From assembly GCA_964650385.1 (NCBI GenBank), contig CAZYTP010000006.1:1-56097 (forward strand): a DNA stretch of 56,097 nucleotides, read 5' to 3'. Shown here piece by piece: positions 48,395 through 56,097 of this stretch. The notes under the pieces were generated by a model, which was not told the DNA's origin, did no database searches, and worked only from the letters and a program-made list of their open reading frames with translations. The DNA comes from an uncultured Syntrophales bacterium (GTDB lineage: Bacteria; Desulfobacterota; Syntrophia; Syntrophales; JADFWA01). The translations under genes were made by a program, and so were the position numbers. Position 1 is the stretch's first letter; the number at the start of each line of letters is the position of its first letter.

Positions 48395-49036
48395 ATGAAG
48401 ATTACACTTATCTATGACAACTATGTTTTCAAAAAAGGGTTGAAAGCGGATTTTGGATTTGCCTGCCTGGTAGAAGCGGGGAACACCACTCCAATTCTTT
48501 TTGACACAGGGGCAAAGGGCACTTTACTGCTATCGAACATGAGAAAGCTTTCTATCGATCCGAGTTCAATCGAGGAAGTTTTCATATCCCATAATCACTG
48601 GGACCATATCGGCGGACTTCCTCAATTACTCGAAGTGAATAAAAATATTAAAGTATATGTTCCCGCATCATGTCCCCCTCCTCCCGGCGTTAAAGAGGTA
48701 ATAAGCGTAAGTGGTCCGATTCAAATTAATGAAAAGGTTTTTTCCACCGGTGAGCTCAATGAGGGGGAACAATCGATGGCAATCAAAACAGAAACCGGAG
48801 TCGTCGTGATCGCAGGATGTTCTCATCCGGGTGTGGAAACCATACTTGAGTCTGCTTCACAATTCGGGAAAGTCTGCGCACTCATCGGTGGTCTGCACGG
48901 ATTTGATGATTTTGACATTCTCATGGATCTGGATCTGGTCTGTCCCACACATTGCACAAAACATATAAAAGAGATAAAGTCCTTATATCCGGAAAAATGT
49001 ATAGACGGCGGAGTCGGAAAGATAATTTCGATTTGA
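48395..49036 (+). CDS. MBL-fold metallo-hydrolase
   Basis: LFDTG, SHNHWDHIGG, GCSHPG, GGLH, PTHCT. Confidence 0.9.
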   Translation: MKITLIYDNYVFKKGLKADFGFACLVEAGNTTPILFDTGAKGTLLLSNMRKLSIDPSSIEEVFISHNHWDHIGGLPQLLEVNKNIKVYVPASCPPPPGVKEVISVSGPIQINEKVFSTGELNEGEQSMAIKTETGVVVIAGCSHPGVETILESASQFGKVCALIGGLHGFDDFDILMDLDLVCPTHCTKHIKEIKSLYPEKCIDGGVGKIISI

Positions 49037-49057
49037 TTTTATTAGAAGGTATTGAAG

Positions 49058-49095
49058 AAATCCCCCTTTACTAAAGGGGGATAAAGGGGGATTTT
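49058..49095. repeat. REP-like ccccctttactaaaggggg element
   Basis: aaatccccctttactaaagggggataaagggggatttt. Confidence 0.55.
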
Positions 49096-49097
49096 AA

Positions 49098-50672
49098 ATG
49101 AAGGTAAGCAAAGTAACCGAGATGAGGTCTCTGGACCGCTACGCCATAGAGAAACTCGCTATACCGCAAGAGATATTAATGGAAAATGCCGGGTTGTCTT
49201 CATATTTTGTTATACTGAATGAGTTTGGCATAAGAGATAAGAAGTTTGTGATTATCTGCAGTATAGGCAACAACGGTGGAGATGGTCTTGTTGTCGCAAG
49301 AAAAATCCTCTCAAATGGTGGAGATGCAAAAGTCTTTATTCTCGGTGACGTGAACAAATTTAAAGGTGCGGCGAAGATAAACTTTGACACAATATCAAAA
49401 CTCCCGATAGAAATCCGACACATTGAATCTATCGAATCGATAAAAAGCGATGTCCTGCATTGCGATGTGATCGTTGATGCAATTTTTGGAACGGGATTGT
49501 CAAGGAATGTAGAAGGTCTTTACAAAGATGTTATATTGTTGATCAACGAAAGCGGGGGGAAAGTTTTCAGTATCGATATTCCCTCCGGTATCAATGGCGA
49601 TACAGGGGAGATTATGGGTGCCGCAGTCAAGGCAGACTATACCATTACTTTCGGCCTTCCCAAGATAGGGAATATGCTTTTCCCGGGCTATGAATATTGC
49701 GGAAAGTTATATGTCACACATATATCCTTTCCTCCCTCCCTTTACAATAAAGACACAATAAAGGTAGCAATCAACGATTATATTAAACTTCCGCCAAAAG
49801 ACAAAAAAGCCCACAAAGGGGATTTTGGTGAGACACTTTTTATAGCAGGCGCTTCAAGTTACTTCGGAGCCCCCTATTTTTCCGCCCTGTCATTCCTGAA
49901 GGCAGGCGGAGGGTATTCCCGCCTTGCAGCCCCCGTTTCAGTGACACCGTTTATTGCCAATAAGGGAAGCGAGATAGTTTTTGTCCCGCAGAAAGAAACG
50001 ACCTCGGGAAGTATAGCACTGGAAAACAAAAACGCACTACTCGAGCTTTCCGAAACAATGGACATGGTGGTAATCGGCCCCGGCTTATCGTTAAATGAAG
50101 AGACGCAGCAGTTGACACGAGAGCTCACAGCGAAAATCAAAAAACCGCTCCTCATCGATGGGGATGGTATCACCGCCATTTCAAAAGACTTAGGTATAAT
50201 AAAAAAGAGGAAGTGGCCTACAATACTGACACCTCACCTGGGCGAGATGTCGAGAATTACAAAAATGAGCGTAACTGATCTTGACAAAAATAAAATAGAT
50301 GTCCTGCAGAGTACCTCAAAGGAGCTGAACGCAATCATCGTGTTGAAGGGAGCCCACTCGCTTATCGGTTATCCCGATGAGAAGGTTTACATCAACATGA
50401 GCGGAAACCCCGGCATGGCTTCGGCAGGATCGGGGGATGTCCTTACGGGAACGATCGCCGCGATGTTCGGCCTCGGGCTTACAATTGAAGACGCGGTAAG
50501 AAAAGGTGTATTCATCCATGGGTTCGCCGGCGATCTCGCAGCCGAAGATATAGGAGAAGACGGAATAACGGCACAGGACATACTCGATTATCTGCCCCTC
50601 GCCGTGAAGATTGACAGGGAAGGCCTCGACGAGACCCTGGAATACGCTTACGAAGGCTTATATATTATATAG
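49098..50672 (+). CDS. nnr: Bifunctional NAD(P)HX epimerase / ADP-dependent dehydratase
   Basis: LMENAG, GNNGGDG, DAIFGTG, DIPSG, HKGDFG, GPGL, DGDG, TPHLGE, LKG, AGSGDVLTG. Confidence 0.95.
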   Translation: MKVSKVTEMRSLDRYAIEKLAIPQEILMENAGLSSYFVILNEFGIRDKKFVIICSIGNNGGDGLVVARKILSNGGDAKVFILGDVNKFKGAAKINFDTISKLPIEIRHIESIESIKSDVLHCDVIVDAIFGTGLSRNVEGLYKDVILLINESGGKVFSIDIPSGINGDTGEIMGAAVKADYTITFGLPKIGNMLFPGYEYCGKLYVTHISFPPSLYNKDTIKVAINDYIKLPPKDKKAHKGDFGETLFIAGASSYFGAPYFSALSFLKAGGGYSRLAAPVSVTPFIANKGSEIVFVPQKETTSGSIALENKNALLELSETMDMVVIGPGLSLNEETQQLTRELTAKIKKPLLIDGDGITAISKDLGIIKKRKWPTILTPHLGEMSRITKMSVTDLDKNKIDVLQSTSKELNAIIVLKGAHSLIGYPDEKVYINMSGNPGMASAGSGDVLTGTIAAMFGLGLTIEDAVRKGVFIHGFAGDLAAEDIGEDGITAQDILDYLPLAVKIDREGLDETLEYAYEGLYII

Positions 50673-50681
50673 GAGAAAAAA

Positions 50682-51695
50682 ATGAAGGCATGGATTCTTG
50701 AAAAACAGGCAAAGATTGATGAAAAACCACTGAAACTGGCGGAAGTTCCGACACCTCATGCAAACGACGGAAAAATAAGGATTAAAGTCCTGGTATGTGG
50801 CGTGTGCAGGACGGATATCCATATCGCAGAAGGGGACCTCCCTTTAAGAAAATCGCCTCTGATTTTAGGACATGAAGTTGTGGGTATCGTTGACGAAATT
50901 GGCAAAAACGTAACAAAATTCAAAATAGGCGACAAGGCAGGCGTATGCTGGTTAAACAGCACCTGTGGAAAATGTAAATTCTGTCTTTCCGACAGGGAAA
51001 ACTATTGTCCCGATATCAAGTCTACGGGATGGGATGAGGACGGCGGTTTTGCAGAATACATAACGATTTCAGAAGATACCGCATTGCTTTTAAATGATTC
51101 TAAATTAGAACCCGCCGACATCGCCCCTCTTATGTGCCCGGGCATAGCAGGCTACGCGGCGTTCAAGTTGACGGAAGCCCCGAAGGGCAGCAGAATGGGC
51201 CTTTACGGATTCGGCCCGACAGCCTTTTGCGTCCTTAAGGTAGCAAAATCGATGGGCATAGAGGTATACGTGGCTACCAGGTCTCCGAAAAATATCGAAG
51301 ATGCATTAAACGCGGGGGCAGACTGGGCCGCGGACACATCAAAAGAAAAGATACCCTGCAAACTGGATTCGGCAATTGTCTTTCCCCCGGCAGGGAATCT
51401 GGTTGAACCTGCCCTCTCTCAGGTTGATAAGGGAGGAATTGTGGTTCTGGCGCCTGTAAGTTCATCTCCTATTGTTATTGAAAATTACAGCGAAAATCTG
51501 TGGGGACGCACCTTAGAGACCCTTTATAACGTAAAAAAAACTGAGGCTGATGAATTCCTCGAAATCGCGGACAGGCTTGAGATGAAACCGGAAAGAGGGG
51601 TCTTCCCCTTTGAAGATTTGCAGGACGTCCTCATCGCGGTCAGACACGGAAAAATGAAGGTGGCCAACTCTGTCATAGAAATTGCCACCGCTTAA
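50682..51695 (+). CDS. Zinc-dependent alcohol dehydrogenase (MDR family)
   Basis: CGVCRTDIH, GHE, CGKCKFC...ENYC, MCPG, GLYGFG. Confidence 0.9.
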   Translation: MKAWILEKQAKIDEKPLKLAEVPTPHANDGKIRIKVLVCGVCRTDIHIAEGDLPLRKSPLILGHEVVGIVDEIGKNVTKFKIGDKAGVCWLNSTCGKCKFCLSDRENYCPDIKSTGWDEDGGFAEYITISEDTALLLNDSKLEPADIAPLMCPGIAGYAAFKLTEAPKGSRMGLYGFGPTAFCVLKVAKSMGIEVYVATRSPKNIEDALNAGADWAADTSKEKIPCKLDSAIVFPPAGNLVEPALSQVDKGGIVVLAPVSSSPIVIENYSENLWGRTLETLYNVKKTEADEFLEIADRLEMKPERGVFPFEDLQDVLIAVRHGKMKVANSVIEIATA

Positions 51696-51727
51696 TTAAA
51701 GACATTCGTGTAATAGAAAGTAATTGT

Positions 51728-52582
51728 ATGGCTTCGAAACTGCGCATCGTATTTCTTATAATATTGGCAATCATTTTTTCTGTTCCATGTGCGTTATCCC
51801 AGGATTGTCACCCGGGTATCCAGCAAATTAAGGAACGGGGAAAGCTCATCGTCGCCATGGTGAATGAAGATTACCCACCTTTCTTTATGGTTAACAAAAA
51901 GGGTGAGCTTTACGGCCTGGACGTCAAACTGGGAACAAACATAGCAAACAAACTTGGTGTAGAGGTCGAGTTTATCAGAAAAGCGAAAACCTTCGATGAA
52001 GTGATTACAATGGTTGTCCGTAAAGAGGCCGACGTGGCGATCTCCAAGCTCAGCAAGACCCTGAAACGTTCGGAAAAAATTCTTTTTACTGACCCTTACA
52101 TTATTCTGAGACAAGGACTCCTCGTTGACCGTCTCAAGTTAGCCCGGATACAAGATGACGAAGACCCCATCGAATTTATCACGCATCTGAGAGGCGATAT
52201 CGGGGTTATCGCTTCTACTTCCTACGTGGAATTTGCACAACACATATTTCCAAAGGCTACCATTAAAGAATTTGACACCTGGGAAGATGTCATAGCAGCG
52301 CTCGAGAAGGGCGATATTCTGGCTGCTTTTCGTGACGAACTGGAAATTAAGAAGATTATTCGCGCGAAGCCCCACATCAGCCTGGATGTTCAAACCGTTA
52401 TTTTTAAAGATACGAAGGACTCGATTGCCATGGCCGTATCCCGAGATAATACTCTTTTTTTGTACTGGTTGAATGAATACCTGGAACTGATGAATTTCAA
52501 TCTGGATGCCGACAAACTCCTGAACCAATATCCGGAAATAGATAAAACGACCAAAGCCAATGTCAAAAGAAAAAAACCTTAA
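51728..52582 (+). CDS. Periplasmic amino-acid-type solute-binding protein (family 3)
   Basis: Signal peptide; IKERGKLIVAM, YPPF, GLDV, IANKLGV, DVAISKLSKT.KR, FTDPY. Confidence 0.88.
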   Translation: MASKLRIVFLIILAIIFSVPCALSQDCHPGIQQIKERGKLIVAMVNEDYPPFFMVNKKGELYGLDVKLGTNIANKLGVEVEFIRKAKTFDEVITMVVRKEADVAISKLSKTLKRSEKILFTDPYIILRQGLLVDRLKLARIQDDEDPIEFITHLRGDIGVIASTSYVEFAQHIFPKATIKEFDTWEDVIAALEKGDILAAFRDELEIKKIIRAKPHISLDVQTVIFKDTKDSIAMAVSRDNTLFLYWLNEYLELMNFNLDADKLLNQYPEIDKTTKANVKRKKP

Positions 52583-53891
52583 CCGACTGCTCTCATGGAA
52601 TCTGCTTCTTAATCCCTGGGTCGTTATCGTTTCAATGATCCTGGGTATGTATATCGGTGCCGGTTACAAGAGACTTGCCGTAAATCTCGCTCCTTTCGGA
52701 AACATGTATGTCTCGTTGCTGAAAATGTGTGTCTTGCCCATTCTTGTTTCAGCGGTTTCGTACAGCCTTGGGGGATTGTTAAGATCCCATAGAGCACAAA
52801 AATACTTGAAACGGATGCTCATAGTATTTTCGCTCACACTTGTAATCACCTGCGCTCTTGGCCTTGCCTCCGGCGTCGTGGGCAGACCCGGAGTAGGAAT
52901 CAATGAGGATATTCTGGGAGAGATCATTAACGATTCTCCTCTGACGCCCGATCTGGAAATCTTTTTTTACCAGCCCAACGACCCATCCGAACAGCTACCG
53001 GAGTTGCTGAAATTCTTTGCGAGCGTCGTTCCGGCTAATATTTTCTATTCTCTCACGAATGACAGAAATCTACAGGTTCTCCTTTTTGCCATAATCCTCG
53101 GGTGTGCCATCGGTTTGGTACATGCTAAAGCTTCCGATGACTTACTTATCCTGCTGGACGCCATATTCAAGGTTTTCTCAAAAATCATTCGATGGATCAT
53201 ATATGCACTTCCGTTTGGCCTGTTCTGCCTTATGGCCGATCTTATTTCACGAATCGGAACAGACATTCTGTTTTCTATGATAAAATTTATCGTTGTATTC
53301 CACATCTGCGCTATACTCGTACTCATTATAAATACCGTCATCATCTGGAAGCAATCAGGATCATCCTTCACGCATGTACTGTCCGCCCTGAAAGAACCGG
53401 TCATTATTGCTTTTGGAACTCGTAACGGTTTTGCTACGCTCCCGTCCGCGATGGATGCAATGCGCGAAAAACTCAACTTCGACCAGACGTCGACGAATCT
53501 GCTGGTACCGCTGGGTCTCACCATTTGTCGTTACGGAAACGTTCTCTATTTTGCGGTCGCTATCATATTTATTGCCCAATTATATAGCGCTTCCTTGGGA
53601 CTGTCAGGAATTATGGTGGCCCTTATCTGTACTATTTTAGCAGGTATGGCAACATCCGGAGCCACCGGCATTGTCATACTCTCCATGATGGCCATTGTGC
53701 TTGACCCCCTTAACCTGCCCCTGGAGGCAGTGCTCATCCTCTTCATAGCAATCGACCCCATCGTTGAGCCCATGCGCACTGTGATCACGGTTCACTCAAG
53801 TTGTTCAGCGGCTGCACTGATTGCAGACCGGCCGGAAGTGCCGGGAGGTGTGACTCCTGAGGAGGGCGAGGGAACAAATAAAGATGAGTGA
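52560..53891 (+). CDS. Divergent dicarboxylate/amino acid:cation symporter (DAACS family)
   Basis: LLKMCVLP, VPANIF, LQVLLFAIILG, PFGLF, AFGTR..FATLP, PLGLTI, IDPIVEPMRT; multiple TM segments. Confidence 0.88.
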   Translation: MSKEKNLNRLLSWNLLLNPWVVIVSMILGMYIGAGYKRLAVNLAPFGNMYVSLLKMCVLPILVSAVSYSLGGLLRSHRAQKYLKRMLIVFSLTLVITCALGLASGVVGRPGVGINEDILGEIINDSPLTPDLEIFFYQPNDPSEQLPELLKFFASVVPANIFYSLTNDRNLQVLLFAIILGCAIGLVHAKASDDLLILLDAIFKVFSKIIRWIIYALPFGLFCLMADLISRIGTDILFSMIKFIVVFHICAILVLIINTVIIWKQSGSSFTHVLSALKEPVIIAFGTRNGFATLPSAMDAMREKLNFDQTSTNLLVPLGLTICRYGNVLYFAVAIIFIAQLYSASLGLSGIMVALICTILAGMATSGATGIVILSMMAIVLDPLNLPLEAVLILFIAIDPIVEPMRTVITVHSSCSAAALIADRPEVPGGVTPEEGEGTNKDE

Positions 53892-53945
53892 AAGGTTTGA
53901 GAGTGACAAAATTAACATTTCTGCAATCAGAAAGGAGGCACCATA

Positions 53946-55160
53946 ATGACAGGGAGCAGCAGGCAGTTTAGCAGGAGCGGTATAATCATCGCATTGGTGT
54001 TGGTTTGCTGCATGTGGGCAGCATGTAAAAATTCAAATTCGACTTCCAAACCTGATGTACAGCTCGCCATGGAGCAGGTTGTGTCGCAGTATATGATGAA
54101 AAATAACATCCCGGGAGCAATCGTCGGTGTCTGGGTGCCGGGAGAGAAGACCTGGACCCATACGCAAGGTACCGCCGATTTGACAACCGGACGCAAAATA
54201 AAGCCGGAAGATAAGATTCGAATCGCCAGTATCACCAAGACATTTACCGCCACTGTCATATTGCAGTTGGTCGATGAGGGGGCACTGAACTTGGAAGACA
54301 CACTGGACAAATGGGTACCTGAAATACCGCGAGGATCTGAAATATCATATTCGGAAAAGATTACCATCCGCCATCTCTGTAACCACACAGCTGGTATCTA
54401 CAGCTTTACCGAAAATAAGGAGGTTCACGACATACTTATCACAGATCCTCTCAAGAAGTGGACACTCGAAGAAGTAATGAAGTATACGCTCGAGCTTGAT
54501 ATTAAAGGCAATAAAGTTCCATGCTATTTTGAACCTGGAGATACATATGAAAACGGAAATCCGAAAATCCACTACTCTGATACAGCATATGAACTGCTCG
54601 GAATGATTATTGAGCAAGTTACCGGCAACAAGATCGGCGATGAGATTCAAAACCGGATTCTCGACAAACTCGAATTGAAAAACACCAGCTTTCCATATGG
54701 ACCGGAGATGACCGGGAACTACAGCCGTGGATACGTGCAGAAGCAGGAAGGGGGAGCACTAGAAGACTTTACAGAAACCGATCCGTCGGCACCGTGGGCG
54801 GGTGGAGCGATGATCTCCAACCTCTACGACCTGAAGGTCTGGGCCAAGGCTTTGGCTGAAGGCTCACTCCTGAGCGAAGCCACCCAGCAACAGCGATTGA
54901 CCTGGGTTGACTGGCCGCAGCTGCCATTAGAAGGTATGAACGGGGCGTATGGATTAGGCATTACCTGCATGGGTAGGCTTGTGGGCCACAGCGGCACCAT
55001 CCTTGGTTATAACAGTGCAATGTTTCACCTGCCTTCAAGAAACGCAACCATTGTTGTCTTGTTGAACAAGGGCAACCCTGGTGCAGGGGACGCTTGCGCC
55101 GTCAATATTTGTTACCTTCTCGCTAAGATACTTTTTAATTGGTTCCCAGAGCATTGCTAA
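53946..55160 (+). CDS. Serine hydrolase (class C beta-lactamase / D-Ala-D-Ala carboxypeptidase-like), probable lipoprotein
   Basis: RIASITKTF (SxxK), HTAG, YSD, AGGAMIS, GHSG; lipobox-like WAAC. Confidence 0.88.
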   Translation: MTGSSRQFSRSGIIIALVLVCCMWAACKNSNSTSKPDVQLAMEQVVSQYMMKNNIPGAIVGVWVPGEKTWTHTQGTADLTTGRKIKPEDKIRIASITKTFTATVILQLVDEGALNLEDTLDKWVPEIPRGSEISYSEKITIRHLCNHTAGIYSFTENKEVHDILITDPLKKWTLEEVMKYTLELDIKGNKVPCYFEPGDTYENGNPKIHYSDTAYELLGMIIEQVTGNKIGDEIQNRILDKLELKNTSFPYGPEMTGNYSRGYVQKQEGGALEDFTETDPSAPWAGGAMISNLYDLKVWAKALAEGSLLSEATQQQRLTWVDWPQLPLEGMNGAYGLGITCMGRLVGHSGTILGYNSAMFHLPSRNATIVVLLNKGNPGAGDACAVNICYLLAKILFNWFPEHC

Positions 55161-55239
55161 ATAGGGGAAGAGCAAGGGGAAGAGCAAATGGTTGCATCCC
55201 TGTGAAATTGGGGACGGGCTCAATTCTTGAATAAAAAAT

Positions 55240-55268
55240 TGGCGGAAGTGCATGGGAATCGAACCCAT
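55240..55268 (-). other. 3' fragment of tRNA-Sec (selC); att-like remnant
   Basis: Minus strand ATGGG-TTCGATT-CCCAT-GCACTTCC-G-CCA: 5-bp T-arm, 8-nt acceptor strand, G73 and CCA; no matching 5' half upstream. Confidence 0.75.
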
Positions 55269-55425
55269 CGTTGTGCCCGTACACACTGTAATCATGGTAC
55301 ACTCAAGCTATTTGCAGCTTCACTGATTGCAGATCGCCCACAAGTGCCGTGAAGACTGACATGGAAGGCCCCGACGAGGCCGTCAAACACGCCTGCGAAG
55401 GCATTCATTCGTGTAATATAAAAAA

Positions 55426-55469
55426 ATTGAGTGCTTATACCACGCAAATGTGTGGCATAAGCACTCAAT
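55426..55469. repeat. Long inverted repeat / hairpin
   Basis: attgagtgcttat-a-ccacgc-aaat-gtgtgg-c-ataagcactcaat. Confidence 0.65.
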
Positions 55470-55575
55470 ATAACAAAGCTGTATGCAGTTTTTGATTTGA
55501 AAATTTTGATTAAGATATGATTGAGTTGTTTAAACTCTTTGAGTTGACGGTATTTATCAAGGACATAGCAAATAT

Positions 55576-56019
55576 ATGAACTTTGAGAAAGAAGCGCAAA
55601 ACATAAATACTACTTCAAATATTATTGAAATTAGAGCACATCACCTTTTATGTTTACAGGGCTTCCAGGGACATGGATATGACGAGGCCTTTGCACAAAA
55701 CATGAGTGAGATAGTTAGGTACATAGATTTAAATCCCGATCTGGAGATAGAGATAGTCACGAAATGTGACGTTATCTGTGCTTGTTGTCCTAACAATGTA
55801 AAGGGAATCTGTAAAAACCTGGGTTCCGCTCAAAGTATTAGAGAAATGGACCTGTATGTCTTGAGAAAGTTGGGTCTGAAAAGGGGAACAAAAATCAGAG
55901 CCAAAGGCATTTTTACTTTTGTAAATACAAAGTTAAGCAACTCTTTAGATATTGAGAACTTATGTGGAGTCTGTGAGTGGAGGGAAAAATGTCTCTGGCC
56001 GACTCTGCAAGACAGATAG
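55576..56019 (+). CDS. DUF1284 family Cys/His-rich protein
   Basis: RAHHLLCLQGFQGHGY..F..NM, CDVICACCP, CGVCEW..KC. Confidence 0.85.
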   Translation: MNFEKEAQNINTTSNIIEIRAHHLLCLQGFQGHGYDEAFAQNMSEIVRYIDLNPDLEIEIVTKCDVICACCPNNVKGICKNLGSAQSIREMDLYVLRKLGLKRGTKIRAKGIFTFVNTKLSNSLDIENLCGVCEWREKCLWPTLQDR

Positions 56020-56097
56020 CACCCATTAAAAGGCATTTAGTCAAGAGAAAAAACTATCCCGTGGCAAGGAAAAATGATTTATCCTCGCAAAATGTGA

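Noticed and set aside
50682-51695. Zn-ADH as the missing PduQ
   Set aside because: Different family, no encapsulation peptide, 34 kb away and coupled to nnr.
55240-55345. Complete tRNA-Sec or selC*-type tRNA-Cys (a ctGCAaa loop occurs on the minus strand near 55311-55317)
   Set aside because: No 5' acceptor strand complementary to GCACTTCC and no D-arm at the required spacing; only the 3' fragment is supported.
1-56097. CRISPR array, rRNA, transposase or integrase genes
   Set aside because: No regularly spaced direct repeats, rRNA-like sequence, or DDE/HUH/tyrosine-recombinase ORF seen.

Overview
Low-to-moderate-GC bacterial window. Gene content and order (pilC, pilT/pilU, yicC-gmk-rpoZ-pyrF, DUF4416, CoA-transferase-GNAT fusion) suggest Desulfobacterota/Syntrophales-like Deltaproteobacteria; this is inference, no search was run. 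(1) 1-16.2 kb: a B12-dependent diol/glycerol dehydratase bacterial microcompartment (BMC) locus, preceded by a 5'-truncated glycerol dehydrogenase. Its shell is a mosaic: PduA, PduB, a Lys-tailed PduK-like hexamer, a CcmP-like gated trimer, PduN, a GrpU-like Fe-S hexamer and PduT. It also has EutJ, a flavoprotein, a split PduO, PduP and PduS, but no PduL, PduQ or PduW within the window. (2) 16.3-28.4 kb, minus strand: a cysteine synthase-cysteinyl-tRNA synthetase fusion with a degenerate CysRS active site, DUF1178, pilC, rlmB, pyrF, rpoZ, gmk, yicC, DUF4416, hldA, galE (apparent ATA start) and a UDP-GlcA decarboxylase; tRNA-Pro(CGG) is on the plus strand. (3) 28.8-38.1 kb: an archaeal-like A/V-type ATPase operon (I-K-E-C-F-A-B-D-DUF61-H) with a predicted Na+-binding rotor subunit. 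(4) A TPR protein, pilT/pilU, tRNA-Ala(CGC), then accessory genes: USP, CoA-transferase-GNAT, DRTGG protein, TrmH, CutA, flavodoxin, MBL, Nnr, Zn-ADH, a solute-binding protein coupled to a divergent DAACS symporter, and a serine hydrolase. These are followed by a tRNA-Sec 3' fragment (att-like) and DUF1284. Several families of MITE/REP-like palindromic elements are dispersed through the window, and four of them supply or abut stop codons. No CRISPR array, rRNA, transposase or integrase was found.
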